Assembly (NCBI GenBank): GCA_963520015.1
Contig: CAUQPM010000014.1
Coordinates: 2,484-66,483 of the forward strand
Reading direction: 5' to 3'
Source of the DNA: an uncultured Oscillospiraceae bacterium
GTDB taxonomy: Bacteria; Bacillota; Clostridia; Oscillospirales; Acutalibacteraceae
DNA: 64,000 nucleotides
Shown in pieces: positions 52,938-62,762 of the stretch. The first letter of the stretch is position 1, and the number at the start of each line of letters is the position of its first letter. The notes under the pieces are model-generated. The model worked only from the letters and a program-made list of their open reading frames with translations. It ran no database searches and was not told the origin of the DNA. Position numbers and translations under genes: made by a program.

Positions 52938-53792
52938 TTACGCTCGGCCCACACTTCCAAAGATTCGCATTTTTTCAAGAGTCGCCTGTTTAATCGCTTC
53001 TGTGATTGCCGGCATTACGTCCGTCATGCCGCTGCCCGTTTTGTAGTTGTCGTGCACCGCTTTTGCCGCCGCACAGTTAATGTCTGTAAAGATATTCACT
53101 TTGGAAACGCCGCAGGCAATTGATTTTTTAAAATCCTGTTCAGATAATCCGGAACCGCCGTGAAGGACAATCGGAGCGGTTACCATTGAGGCAATAACCC
53201 TCAATCGCTCAAAATCGAGCTTCGGGGTGCTTTTATAAGCGCCGTGAGCAGTACCGATGGCCACAGCCAACGCATCAACTCCGGTGGCTTTGTAAAAATC
53301 CAATGCTTCCTGCGGCTCTGTATAAATACTGTTGTCGCTGCTTTCAGAGTTTACCCCTTCCGCGCTGCTTGCATTTGCTCCAACGTGACCTAATTCCGCT
53401 TCTACGGTGATACTCCTTAAGTGGGCGGTTTTTACCATGTTGGCTACCTCTGTACTGTTGTCTTCAAAGCCAAGTGTGGAACAGTCGTACATAATGGAGG
53501 AGAAGCCCAAATCCATGGCGTGCAGAATAGCATCCTTTGTCAGTCCGTGATCAAAGTGAACAACGACCGGCACAGTGGCTTTTTTAGCGAGAGGGATTAA
53601 GAAGGAAGCAAGATCATCCAGACCGGCAAAGGGCAAAAGCACTTCCGCGGTGCCGATAATTACAGGGGAACGGCTTTCTTCAGCAGCAGCGAGCACGCCT
53701 TTCGCCATTTCAAGGTTTACGGTATTGAACAGACCTACACCGTATTTTTTCTGTTTGGCATCCTGCAAAACTTCGTTCAAATTAACAAGCAT
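52938..53792 (-). CDS. Class II fructose/tagatose-bisphosphate aldolase family
   Basis: HFDHG, VEAELG, AIGTAHG, VLHGGSG and KVNIFT. Confidence 0.93.
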   Translation of the reverse strand: MLVNLNEVLQDAKQKKYGVGLFNTVNLEMAKGVLAAAEESRSPVIIGTAEVLLPFAGLDDLASFLIPLAKKATVPVVVHFDHGLTKDAILHAMDLGFSSIMYDCSTLGFEDNSTEVANMVKTAHLRSITVEAELGHVGANASSAEGVNSESSDNSIYTEPQEALDFYKATGVDALAVAIGTAHGAYKSTPKLDFERLRVIASMVTAPIVLHGGSGLSEQDFKKSIACGVSKVNIFTDINCAAAKAVHDNYKTGSGMTDVMPAITEAIKQATLEKMRIFGSVGRA

Positions 53793-53794
53793 GA

Positions 53795-54346
<552 letters not shown>

Positions 54347-54361
54347 TCATCCTTTCAAATA

Positions 54362-55306
54362 TTATAATAATGGGTGTTCCTCCATAAATTGAAGTGTTTC
54401 GGAAATGGATTTAATGCCGGTTGAAGCACCGATTTCCATAACACAGTGCGTACCGACCGCGTTCGCAAATCGGCCGCATTCGCGGTAATCCCAGCCCAAA
54501 GACAGGCCGCACAGGAATCCTGCACAGAAGGAATCCCCGGCTCCGGTTGTATCCACAGGTTTTACAGAGGCATAGGTCGGTAATATGTAGCGGCTGCCAT
54601 TCTGCTCACAGATGTATGCGCCGTCTTTGCCCAACTTAATAATAATGTTTTTGGCTCCCAATGCGAAAAAGGTGTCTGCAATTTTTGAAATTTCCGTTTC
54701 TCCCGAAATTTTGGCGGCTTCCTCGTAGCTTGGCATAAACAGGTCAAGGGACTGAATGGATTCTTTTACTTTTGGCAACCAAATTCCGTCCAGATCAAAA
54801 GCGGTGTCCATTACGGTGTATTTGCCCGCCTGCTGTGCCCGACGCAGAAAATCAGCGCAGGGGCTGCCGTCAAACGCGGTAAGGATTAACGCACCCGCAA
54901 CAAATACAATGTCACTGTCAGCAAAGCATTGCTCCGGGATATCCTTTGCAAAGAAGGCAGATGTGGAACCGGGGTTGTATAACATGCTGCGCTCACCGCT
55001 GGAATTAACACAAACAACGGATGCGGTCGTGCTTACGGAGGGATCCTTCGTCACCCCGCCGACATCAACACCGGCGGCTTTGGCGGTTTCAACCACAAAG
55101 CTTCCGAAATTGTCCTTTCCCACTTTGCAGCACAGGATGGGGTAAGCGCCAAGTTTTGCCAAGTCGATCGCGGCATTGGACGCGCAGCCGCCCACATGTG
55201 TTGTCACGGTTTTTACGCTGCTCATGGTGCCCGGTGAGGGGATGCTGTCCGCTGGGGAAACAATAATGTCTGTGGTCACGCTTCCAATGCAAAGAATTTT
55301 TTTCAT
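54362..55306 (-). CDS. PfkB family carbohydrate kinase
   Basis: GGCASNAA and VDTTGAGDSF. Confidence 0.93.
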   Translation of the reverse strand: MKKILCIGSVTTDIIVSPADSIPSPGTMSSVKTVTTHVGGCASNAAIDLAKLGAYPILCCKVGKDNFGSFVVETAKAAGVDVGGVTKDPSVSTTASVVCVNSSGERSMLYNPGSTSAFFAKDIPEQCFADSDIVFVAGALILTAFDGSPCADFLRRAQQAGKYTVMDTAFDLDGIWLPKVKESIQSLDLFMPSYEEAAKISGETEISKIADTFFALGAKNIIIKLGKDGAYICEQNGSRYILPTYASVKPVDTTGAGDSFCAGFLCGLSLGWDYRECGRFANAVGTHCVMEIGASTGIKSISETLQFMEEHPLL

Positions 55307-55388
55307 GTTTTCACTTCCTTTCAATAATAGTTCATATAGTTCATAAAACGGTTTGACAAAGAAAGATTGGGTAATCTTATAAAAACAG

Positions 55389-55465
55389 TTGATTTATTTC
55401 GAAACTATTATATAATATGTATGTTAGTAAAGTCAATATACTAATTAAAGTAATTTTTTACTTTA
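55389..55465. promoter_or_regulatory. Overlapping divergent promoters with two palindromic operator candidates
   Basis: Plus strand TTGATT-16-TATAAT; minus strand TTGACT-18-TATAAT. Palindromes TTAGTA-N9-TACTAA and TAAAGTAA-N4-TTACTTTA. Confidence 0.55.
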
Positions 55466-55480
55466 GAAAGAGGTATTACG

Positions 55481-56650
55481 GTGCACGAAAAACCCGGAAT
55501 GAACAGTCAAAATTTAAAATATAAAAACAGAGGGTTGCTGCTTAAGCTGATTTGTACCAGTGAGGAGCCGTCAAGAATTTTACTTTCACAGCTGACCGGT
55601 CTTACAAAAATGACAGTGACAAATATTATTGCAGAGCTGATTGAAAAAGGCTATGTGGCGGAAAGCGCAACCAGTTGCAATGCCAGTGTGGGAAGAAATC
55701 CCATCACGTTGACGATTGCATCCTCCGCTCCTAAAATTCTGGGGATTCATCTTTTTCGTGACGGCTGCTATGCTATGCTTTTTGATATGAAACTGCAGGT
55801 TCTGGCGGAAGAAATGGAGCCGTTCGAAGCGGAAACGGAAGAAACTGTGCTCGAAAAGTTGTTTCGTGTGACAGACCGGATTTGTAACAAAGAGCAAAAT
55901 ATTCTCGGCTGCGGTGTATCCGTCATCGGCCCGCTGGACGTGACAAGCGGTACTGTTTTAAATCCGCCGAACTTTTTCGGAATCGAAGATTTGCCATTGG
56001 AGCAAATCTTGACTGAACGTTATCACATACGGGTGACAGTGAACAACGATATGAACAGCGCAGCTCTTGCTGAAAAGTTATACGGTAAGGGAAGGCGGTA
56101 TCGAAATTTTTTATATGTCGGAATTTCCAACGGTATTGGTTCGGGCATTATCGCGGATGACAAACTGTATCAGAACAGCAGCGGGTTTGCCGGGGAACTT
56201 GGGCATACCAGCATAAACTATCAGGGGGAACAGTGCAGCTGTGGCCGCCGGGGCTGTTTGGAGTGCTATATCAGCAAACCGGTTATATTGAAAAAGCTGC
56301 AAAAAGCAACAGGACTGAAGCTGACCTTCCGCGAATTCTGTTCCATGTCGGAAGATTCCGGCGTAGACAAAATTTTAATTGATATGATTGATCAGCTATC
56401 GCACGCACTTGTCGATCAAGTCAATATGCTGAATCCGCAGATGATATTCATCGGCCATGAAGGCTCTTATCTGCCAAATAAATATATTGAACGGCTGAGA
56501 AATGAGGTTAACCTCAAAAAGTTTTCACAGAATTACTTGCAGGTTGGGGTGGAAAAATCACTTTTTGGCTTTTTGGCACCTCTTTATGGAAGTGCATGTC
56601 TTGTACTGGATCGCTTTTTTGAAAGCGGCGAACTGAAAAAAGAAGAATGA
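55481..56650 (+). CDS. ROK family transcriptional regulator (HTH + ROK)
   Basis: N-terminal SRILLSQLTGLTKMTVTNII and GRNP; GELGH and CSCGRRGCLE. Confidence 0.92.
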   Translation: MHEKPGMNSQNLKYKNRGLLLKLICTSEEPSRILLSQLTGLTKMTVTNIIAELIEKGYVAESATSCNASVGRNPITLTIASSAPKILGIHLFRDGCYAMLFDMKLQVLAEEMEPFEAETEETVLEKLFRVTDRICNKEQNILGCGVSVIGPLDVTSGTVLNPPNFFGIEDLPLEQILTERYHIRVTVNNDMNSAALAEKLYGKGRRYRNFLYVGISNGIGSGIIADDKLYQNSSGFAGELGHTSINYQGEQCSCGRRGCLECYISKPVILKKLQKATGLKLTFREFCSMSEDSGVDKILIDMIDQLSHALVDQVNMLNPQMIFIGHEGSYLPNKYIERLRNEVNLKKFSQNYLQVGVEKSLFGFLAPLYGSACLVLDRFFESGELKKEE

Positions 56651-56795
56651 GACTTTTTTCTATTGCTTATTTTCAGTTATTTGTTTATAGTAATGGGGAA
56701 CATAATGTCACGTGATTTATACTGTTTTTTTATAGAAACAATACAATATTCAACTGGTATCGCAGGTTTAAACAGAATGGAGTTGAAAAGAAAAG

Positions 56796-57773
56796 ATGAT
56801 TGTGGTTGGTGTTGATATCGGCGGAACCAAATGTGCGGTCAATCTGGGCGAAGTTTCAGCGGACAACGCCTTTGTGATTCATAAGTGTAAAATCAGAGAA
56901 ACAAAGTCGTATTCTCCGCAAAAAATGTTGGATGGATTAGTGGAGGATATTTTATTCTGCGCGACAATGTTGGACGGTTCCCAACAAATACAGGGAATCG
57001 GAATCAGCTGCGGCGGCCCGCTGGACAGCAAAACAGGAACAATCCTTTCACCGCCGAATCTTCCCGGCTGGGATGATATTCATATTACAGATTACATAAA
57101 CGAAAGAACCGGGTTCCCCACGTGGCTTTGTAACGATGCCAATGCCTGTGCCCTTGCGGAATGGAGGCTGGGCGCGGGAAAGGGCAGTTCCAGCATGGTT
57201 TTTATGACCTTTGGCACAGGGCTTGGGGCAGGTATCATCTTAAATAGCAGGCTGTACAGCGGGGCTTGTGACATGGCGGGTGAAATTGGGCATATCCGTC
57301 TTTCTGACTATGGTCCAACGGGATATGGAAAAACAGGCTCCTTTGAAGGGTTCTGCAGTGGCGGTGGCATTGCACAACTGGCAAAGTCAATGATTCTTGA
57401 AGAATTCCAGTCAGGGCACAAGGTTGAGTTCTGCAACGGTTCTGAGGAGTTGAAAGATATCACGGCTGCCAAAGTTGGCATCGCGGCGAAAAACGGAGAT
57501 TTGCTGGCTTGTAAAATACTAAAGCTGGTTGGTTTACAGCTGGGCAAAGGACTGTCGATTCTAATGGATTTATTAAATCCGGAGTGCATCGTTATTGGGA
57601 GCATTTTTGTGCGGAACTATGAAGAAATATGGCCCTATGCCCAGAAGGTAATTGAAATGGAAACATTGCCTGACGTCCGAAAGGCTTGCAGGATTTTGCC
57701 AAGCGAACTGTCGGAGTCAGTTGGGGATATTGCCGGGTTAATTGTTGCTGGCTACAACCTTGGATTGGAGTAA
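56796..57773 (+). CDS. ROK family sugar kinase
   Basis: GVDIGGTK, NDANACALAE and GEIGH; no HTH. Confidence 0.92.
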   Translation: MIVVGVDIGGTKCAVNLGEVSADNAFVIHKCKIRETKSYSPQKMLDGLVEDILFCATMLDGSQQIQGIGISCGGPLDSKTGTILSPPNLPGWDDIHITDYINERTGFPTWLCNDANACALAEWRLGAGKGSSSMVFMTFGTGLGAGIILNSRLYSGACDMAGEIGHIRLSDYGPTGYGKTGSFEGFCSGGGIAQLAKSMILEEFQSGHKVEFCNGSEELKDITAAKVGIAAKNGDLLACKILKLVGLQLGKGLSILMDLLNPECIVIGSIFVRNYEEIWPYAQKVIEMETLPDVRKACRILPSELSESVGDIAGLIVAGYNLGLE

Positions 57774-57776
57774 TTT

Positions 57777-58424
57777 ATGAAAGAACGTACCATGCGTCAC
57801 TGTGATCATTTTTTTGAACTGCATCAGGACTTACTGCCGTTAAAAGAAAAAATACTGACTGTTTGTAATGTCCTTCTGAATGTGTACTGTAACGGAGGCA
57901 AAGTTCTGATTTGCGGAAACGGCGGAAGCTGTGCGGACGGCGACCATATTGTCGGGGAACTTATGAAAGGTTTTTTATTAAAAAGGCCTTTGAATAAAGA
58001 GATAAAAGATCAGTTTGAACAATATTATGGCGCTGAAGGCGCTTTGGCTGCGGAAAAGCTGCAGTGCGGGCTTTCGGCGATATCGCTTAACGCCCACGCT
58101 GCGTTGATGTCGGCTTTTTCCAACGATGTGGACCCTGAACTGGTTTATGCCCAGCAGGTGATGGGTTACGCAATCAAGGGAGACGCCGTAATCGGAATCA
58201 GCACTTCCGGCAATGCGGCCAATGTTGCATATGCGCTAATGGCTGCAAAGACGGTGGGGGCGGTTCCCATTGCCCTGACCGGACGGGACGGCGGAAAAAT
58301 AGGAAAAATTGCGGATTTCAGCCTGATTGCCCCGGAAGAAGAAACCTATCGTATTCAAGAGTATCACCTGGCCATTTACCACTTAATTTGTGCTTATGTA
58401 GAGTCGGAAATTTTCCCATGCTAA
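57777..58424 (+). CDS. gmhA: SIS-domain phosphoheptose isomerase (GmhA-like)
   Basis: ICGNGGS, FSND, ISTSGN, LTG and RIQEYH. Confidence 0.8.
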   Translation: MKERTMRHCDHFFELHQDLLPLKEKILTVCNVLLNVYCNGGKVLICGNGGSCADGDHIVGELMKGFLLKRPLNKEIKDQFEQYYGAEGALAAEKLQCGLSAISLNAHAALMSAFSNDVDPELVYAQQVMGYAIKGDAVIGISTSGNAANVAYALMAAKTVGAVPIALTGRDGGKIGKIADFSLIAPEEETYRIQEYHLAIYHLICAYVESEIFPC

Positions 58425-58458
58425 ATGAAGATGTCGCGTACCGTAAAGGAGGAAGTGT

Positions 58459-60075
58459 ATGATTAAGGTCATAATCGCAGATGATGAAGAGAATGTATGT
58501 CAGCTGATTCGCGGCCTGATTGATTGGAATTCGCTTGGTATGGAAATTGTGGGGGTCGCCCACAACGGAGTTGAGGCTTTGGACATGATTAAAGCGCTCT
58601 CGCCCGAACTGATGATTACAGATATCCGTATGCCGGGTTATGACGGGCTGGAAATGATTCAGCGAGCCAAAATAATAAAGGACGATTTGGATTTTATTAT
58701 AATCAGCGGTTACAGCCATTTTGAATACGCGCAGAATGCAATCAAATACGGCGTGGGCGATTATCTTTTAAAACCGATTAAAAAAGACGATTTTTTGGCT
58801 GCGCTCAATAAGATGCGTGACAGATATATTCAACGAACGGAGCAGCTGAGCAACGAAGAACGTTTAAAAAATCAGCTGAAAATTGATGCGATTAAACTGC
58901 GCTCCAATCTGTTTACGGAGCGGCTGCTGAAAAAAGGTATGACCACAGAAGACCAGACTCTGGATACAATCAATGAAACTTATCATTTCTTTTTTCAGCC
59001 AGGCCTTTTTCAAGTATGTGCGGTTAAAATTGATTGCGGATTCGAGGATCAGTATAACAATACCATTCAAATTTTAGAAGAGAAGGTCATGCGCATTTTA
59101 AATAGTCTTCTAAAAGAACATTGTCACGAAATGGAAATTTATGCGGATGACAGCGTTACATACTGTGTTCTGAATTTTGATGCCATTCATAAAAAAACAA
59201 TAAGGAAACAGATGAAAGCGGTATTTGACGATTTGATGGTGCAAAAAGTCGCATTTGAACAGCATGAATTCACGATTGCCGCGGGTACGGTGGTCGATGA
59301 TGTCAAACAGCTAAAAGAGTCTTTCCGGACGGTAAGGTATGCAGTCGGACAGAGGCTCCTTTTAGGAACGGGCAGGTTTATCGAAGACATCACAATGCAT
59401 GTCGAATCTCAAAAGGAAGGCGCATTGCTGGCGGAATTGAATAAAACGATGGGCGCGGCTCTTGAAGTGCTCGACAAGGATGCTGTAATGAACTGTATTC
59501 TCGGGCTGAAGCAGCAAATAGAAACGGAAAATCTTTTGAGTGGACAGGAAATCGTTTCCTTATCCCATCATGTTTGCGAAATGTACTTAACGCACCTTCG
59601 TAACAATCAAATTCAAATTCAGTACGGCGACGAATTTTACGAGAAGTTCTGTATTCATGCCGACCGTTGCAGTTCCATTGGGCAGCTTTTTGAATATTTG
59701 TCCGTCATGGTGGGGGAATCGCTTGAAGTAATCATTGAAGATAAAAGGCAGCTGGATACGAAACCTATCCGCCTTGCAAAGCAGTATATCCAGCAAAATT
59801 ATATGAAACTAATCAGTTTAGAGGAAGTCAGCAGCTACGTTGGCTTTAATCCAACCTATTTCAGCACATTGTTTAAAAAAGAAAACGGCAGCAATTTTGT
59901 TGATTATATTTCCGAAATCCGCATGAATAACGCTAAGGAGCTCTTGAGGGAAACAAATTTAAATATTGCCGTAATCTGTGATAGGGTTGGATACAACGAT
60001 TTAAAGAGTTTTACAAAGAGTTTTAAGAAAAACGTAGGATTAAAGCCAAATGAATACCGTAAGTTATATTCTTAA
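58459..60075 (+). CDS. Two-component response regulator, REC + central domain + AraC HTH
   Basis: IADDE and TDIRMP; PTYFSTLFKKE and VGYND. Confidence 0.92.
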   Translation: MIKVIIADDEENVCQLIRGLIDWNSLGMEIVGVAHNGVEALDMIKALSPELMITDIRMPGYDGLEMIQRAKIIKDDLDFIIISGYSHFEYAQNAIKYGVGDYLLKPIKKDDFLAALNKMRDRYIQRTEQLSNEERLKNQLKIDAIKLRSNLFTERLLKKGMTTEDQTLDTINETYHFFFQPGLFQVCAVKIDCGFEDQYNNTIQILEEKVMRILNSLLKEHCHEMEIYADDSVTYCVLNFDAIHKKTIRKQMKAVFDDLMVQKVAFEQHEFTIAAGTVVDDVKQLKESFRTVRYAVGQRLLLGTGRFIEDITMHVESQKEGALLAELNKTMGAALEVLDKDAVMNCILGLKQQIETENLLSGQEIVSLSHHVCEMYLTHLRNNQIQIQYGDEFYEKFCIHADRCSSIGQLFEYLSVMVGESLEVIIEDKRQLDTKPIRLAKQYIQQNYMKLISLEEVSSYVGFNPTYFSTLFKKENGSNFVDYISEIRMNNAKELLRETNLNIAVICDRVGYNDLKSFTKSFKKNVGLKPNEYRKLYS

Positions 60076-60089
60076 ACTGAGGTACGAAA

Positions 60090-61115
60090 ATGAAAAATAA
60101 AAGTACAAGGTATCTCTCCTACCGTATCGCGTGGATGTCGGCAATCCTGTTTGCATTGGTTCTTGTTCTCCTTATCATTCTGACAGTCATCGCAATTCAG
60201 AATCAGGATTATCTGGTTTTGGTTCTTGGCGGATATTTATCGCTGATTGTTGCAGCACAGGTCTTTTATAAGTGGATTTATCGGCCTTATAAGGGGAGTG
60301 CAAAGGTACTGCGGCTTTTTGTAACAGGCTACACAATCCATGGCCTCTTTAGCCAGAGCATATTTTTCAGCCCCGAAATCGAAGAGGTTACGAAAAAAGT
60401 TCAGGAAATTATGAATACGGATGAACTTTTCAACGCAACGAAAAAGCAGGCGCAATACCTTGCCTTGCAAAATCAGATTAACCCGCATTTTCTTTACAAT
60501 ACCCTCGAGGGTATCCGTGGGGAAACATTAAATGCAGGTCTGGAAAATGTAGCCAAAATGACGGAAGCGTTGGCTACATTTTTTCGTTATACCATTTCAA
60601 ATGTCGAAAATTTGGTGACACTGGAAGATGAACTGACCAACGTGAATAATTATTATATTATTCAGCGTTACCGTTTCGGCGAGAGACTTAACCTAAGCGT
60701 AGAATACGACACGGAAAATGAAATGGAAATCATGTCGTACAAACTTCCAAAGCTGACACTGCAGCCCGTTGTAGAAAATTCCATTTATCACGGAATCGAG
60801 CGTAAGATTGGAAAAGGAAACGTACATATTAAAATCGAAACAACAGCGACGCGCTTGATTATTACCATATCCGATAATGGAATCGGGATGACAGAGGAGA
60901 GGTTAAGGGAGATTGATGAGAAACTGAACCGCACAACATTGGAATATATTAAACCCGACAGTGAGGCTCACAGTGGAATTGCCGCTGTCAATGTGAATAA
61001 CAGAATCAAGCTTTTGTTCGGCGAGGAATACGGAATTTGCATGTACAGCACATCAAACGTAGGCACGGATGTGGAAATCACGCTGCCGCTGATAAAAAAG
61101 GATATAAAAGAATGA
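60090..61115 (+). CDS. Histidine kinase (YesM/LytS-type core, 2 TM, no extracellular domain)
   Basis: QINPHFLYNTL, QPVVENSIYHG and DNGIG; only 341 aa. Confidence 0.9.
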   Translation: MKNKSTRYLSYRIAWMSAILFALVLVLLIILTVIAIQNQDYLVLVLGGYLSLIVAAQVFYKWIYRPYKGSAKVLRLFVTGYTIHGLFSQSIFFSPEIEEVTKKVQEIMNTDELFNATKKQAQYLALQNQINPHFLYNTLEGIRGETLNAGLENVAKMTEALATFFRYTISNVENLVTLEDELTNVNNYYIIQRYRFGERLNLSVEYDTENEMEIMSYKLPKLTLQPVVENSIYHGIERKIGKGNVHIKIETTATRLIITISDNGIGMTEERLREIDEKLNRTTLEYIKPDSEAHSGIAAVNVNNRIKLLFGEEYGICMYSTSNVGTDVEITLPLIKKDIKE

Positions 61116-61116
61116 A

Positions 61117-62583
61117 ATGAAAACTGAAATTTTACGGCTCGAAAAAGTCACTACAATTCAAGATGAGGTTACTCTGCTGGATAATTTCAATCTGCACATT
61201 TTTCAGAGCGAAATTATGGGGCTCGTCTGCTTAAACGCAAATGGGAAAGAGTCTTTAATTCATCTTATCAGCCAGAATTTGCCCATACATTACGGACGTG
61301 TTTATTTTAACGAGGTACTCGTAAATAATTATCAGCACAGTCCGCTTACAATGAACAAAGTAGCCGTAATTGAACAGAAAAGTAAACTGATTGAGGATTT
61401 AAGTGTTGCTGACAATGTGTTCGTGTTGCGCAGGGGCTTTAAAAAGTATTTTATCAATCCCCGCGTCCTGAATGAGCAGCTGCAGCGGTTTACCAATGAG
61501 CTGGGGGTGCATATCGACGGAAACGAATTGGTAGCAAAGCTGAGTCCTTATGAAAAGAGTGTGGTTGAACTTTTACGCGCAGTGATTATGGGCGCAAAGC
61601 TTATTGTAATAAGGGATATCAGCAACTGCGTCAGTGCGGCGGACCTTGCGAAATTCCATAATATCTTAAGGTATTACTGCAAAAAAAACTTTTGTTTTCT
61701 CTATATCTGCAATCATCATGAAGAAGCGTTCAAAATATGTACAAGGGTATCCCTGATGAGAGACGGCAAAATATTAAGGGTATTCAATCAGGATCAGTTT
61801 CAAAATGACAATTTGACTCCGTATTATATCGGCGAATTTGCAAACGTGAAGAAAACGATTGTGAATAACCACAGTCAGGAGGGAATACTGACTTTTCAAA
61901 ATGTTTGCACGGAAAATTTAAACCATATGTCATTTGCAGTGGCAAAGGGCGAATGCACTGTATTATTTGATATGGACAATACTATATTATCGGACATTAT
62001 GCAGCTGATGAATGGCCAGCTGCAGCAGGACAGCGGAACTGTTTTTTTAGAAAATAACGTTTATTCACAAAAGCAGGCGCGGCATGCGGTGGGAAGCGGA
62101 GTGGCTTTTATCGGTGAAGATCCTGTTCGAACAATGCTTTTTAAAGAAATGGATTATGTCAATAATCTATGCTTTCTGCTTGACAAAAAACCGAATTCGG
62201 TAAGATTAAATCAAAAAATCTTAAAAAATGTTATTCAGGAATATGAACCTGTTGTGGGCAAAGAAATCTATGAAACGAATATTATGAATTTAAAATTGCA
62301 GTCGCTATATGATTTAATATATTACAGAATTCAGTTATGCCGCCCAAAAATTGTTTTCTGTGTGCAGCCGTTCGCGGGTGCCGACATGTACCTAAGGCGG
62401 CATTTAGTGGATTTAATCAATAAACTCAAAAAAAAGGGAATCACGGTGATTCTTCTTGCGGTAAATATTGCGGATTCATTAGTGATAGCGGACAAACTGA
62501 TTCTGCTGGAACAGGGCCGATTCAACAGCGAATATTCCAGATCGGAATTTCATCTTTTCAGCGATCAGGGAATTGTAATTTAA
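61117..62583 (+). CDS. Degenerate tandem sugar-ABC ATPase-like protein (probable pseudo-ATPase)
   Basis: RbsA-like length and layout (LSVADNVF), but the Walker A, signature and Walker B motifs are degenerate in both halves. Confidence 0.75.
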   Translation: MKTEILRLEKVTTIQDEVTLLDNFNLHIFQSEIMGLVCLNANGKESLIHLISQNLPIHYGRVYFNEVLVNNYQHSPLTMNKVAVIEQKSKLIEDLSVADNVFVLRRGFKKYFINPRVLNEQLQRFTNELGVHIDGNELVAKLSPYEKSVVELLRAVIMGAKLIVIRDISNCVSAADLAKFHNILRYYCKKNFCFLYICNHHEEAFKICTRVSLMRDGKILRVFNQDQFQNDNLTPYYIGEFANVKKTIVNNHSQEGILTFQNVCTENLNHMSFAVAKGECTVLFDMDNTILSDIMQLMNGQLQQDSGTVFLENNVYSQKQARHAVGSGVAFIGEDPVRTMLFKEMDYVNNLCFLLDKKPNSVRLNQKILKNVIQEYEPVVGKEIYETNIMNLKLQSLYDLIYYRIQLCRPKIVFCVQPFAGADMYLRRHLVDLINKLKKKGITVILLAVNIADSLVIADKLILLEQGRFNSEYSRSEFHLFSDQGIVI

Positions 62584-62652
62584 AACATAGACAGTTAAAT
62601 AAATTATTTTTAACATGTTTTACTTTTATATGCAAAGAACATAAAAAAACAG

Positions 62653-62714
62653 AAGATGCACCCCATAATTCAAAATCTGCCCCCCTTATGGAGAGGAAAG
62701 ATCGATGCTATACT
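62653..62714 (+). promoter_or_regulatory. Activator-dependent promoter with 21-bp-spaced direct repeat
   Basis: AAGATGCACCCCATA / AATCTGCCCCCCTTA, then TGc-TATACT. Confidence 0.5.
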
Positions 62715-62762
62715 TATAACATTGAAACGGGTTCCAGAGAAATAAGGATAGGTGGATTTTTT

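Noticed and set aside
61117..62583. Calling the degenerate ABC ATPase a pseudogene
   Set aside because: The reading frame is intact for 488 codons and coupled to the kinase, and the visible losses are in catalytic motifs. It is treated as a pseudo-enzyme instead.
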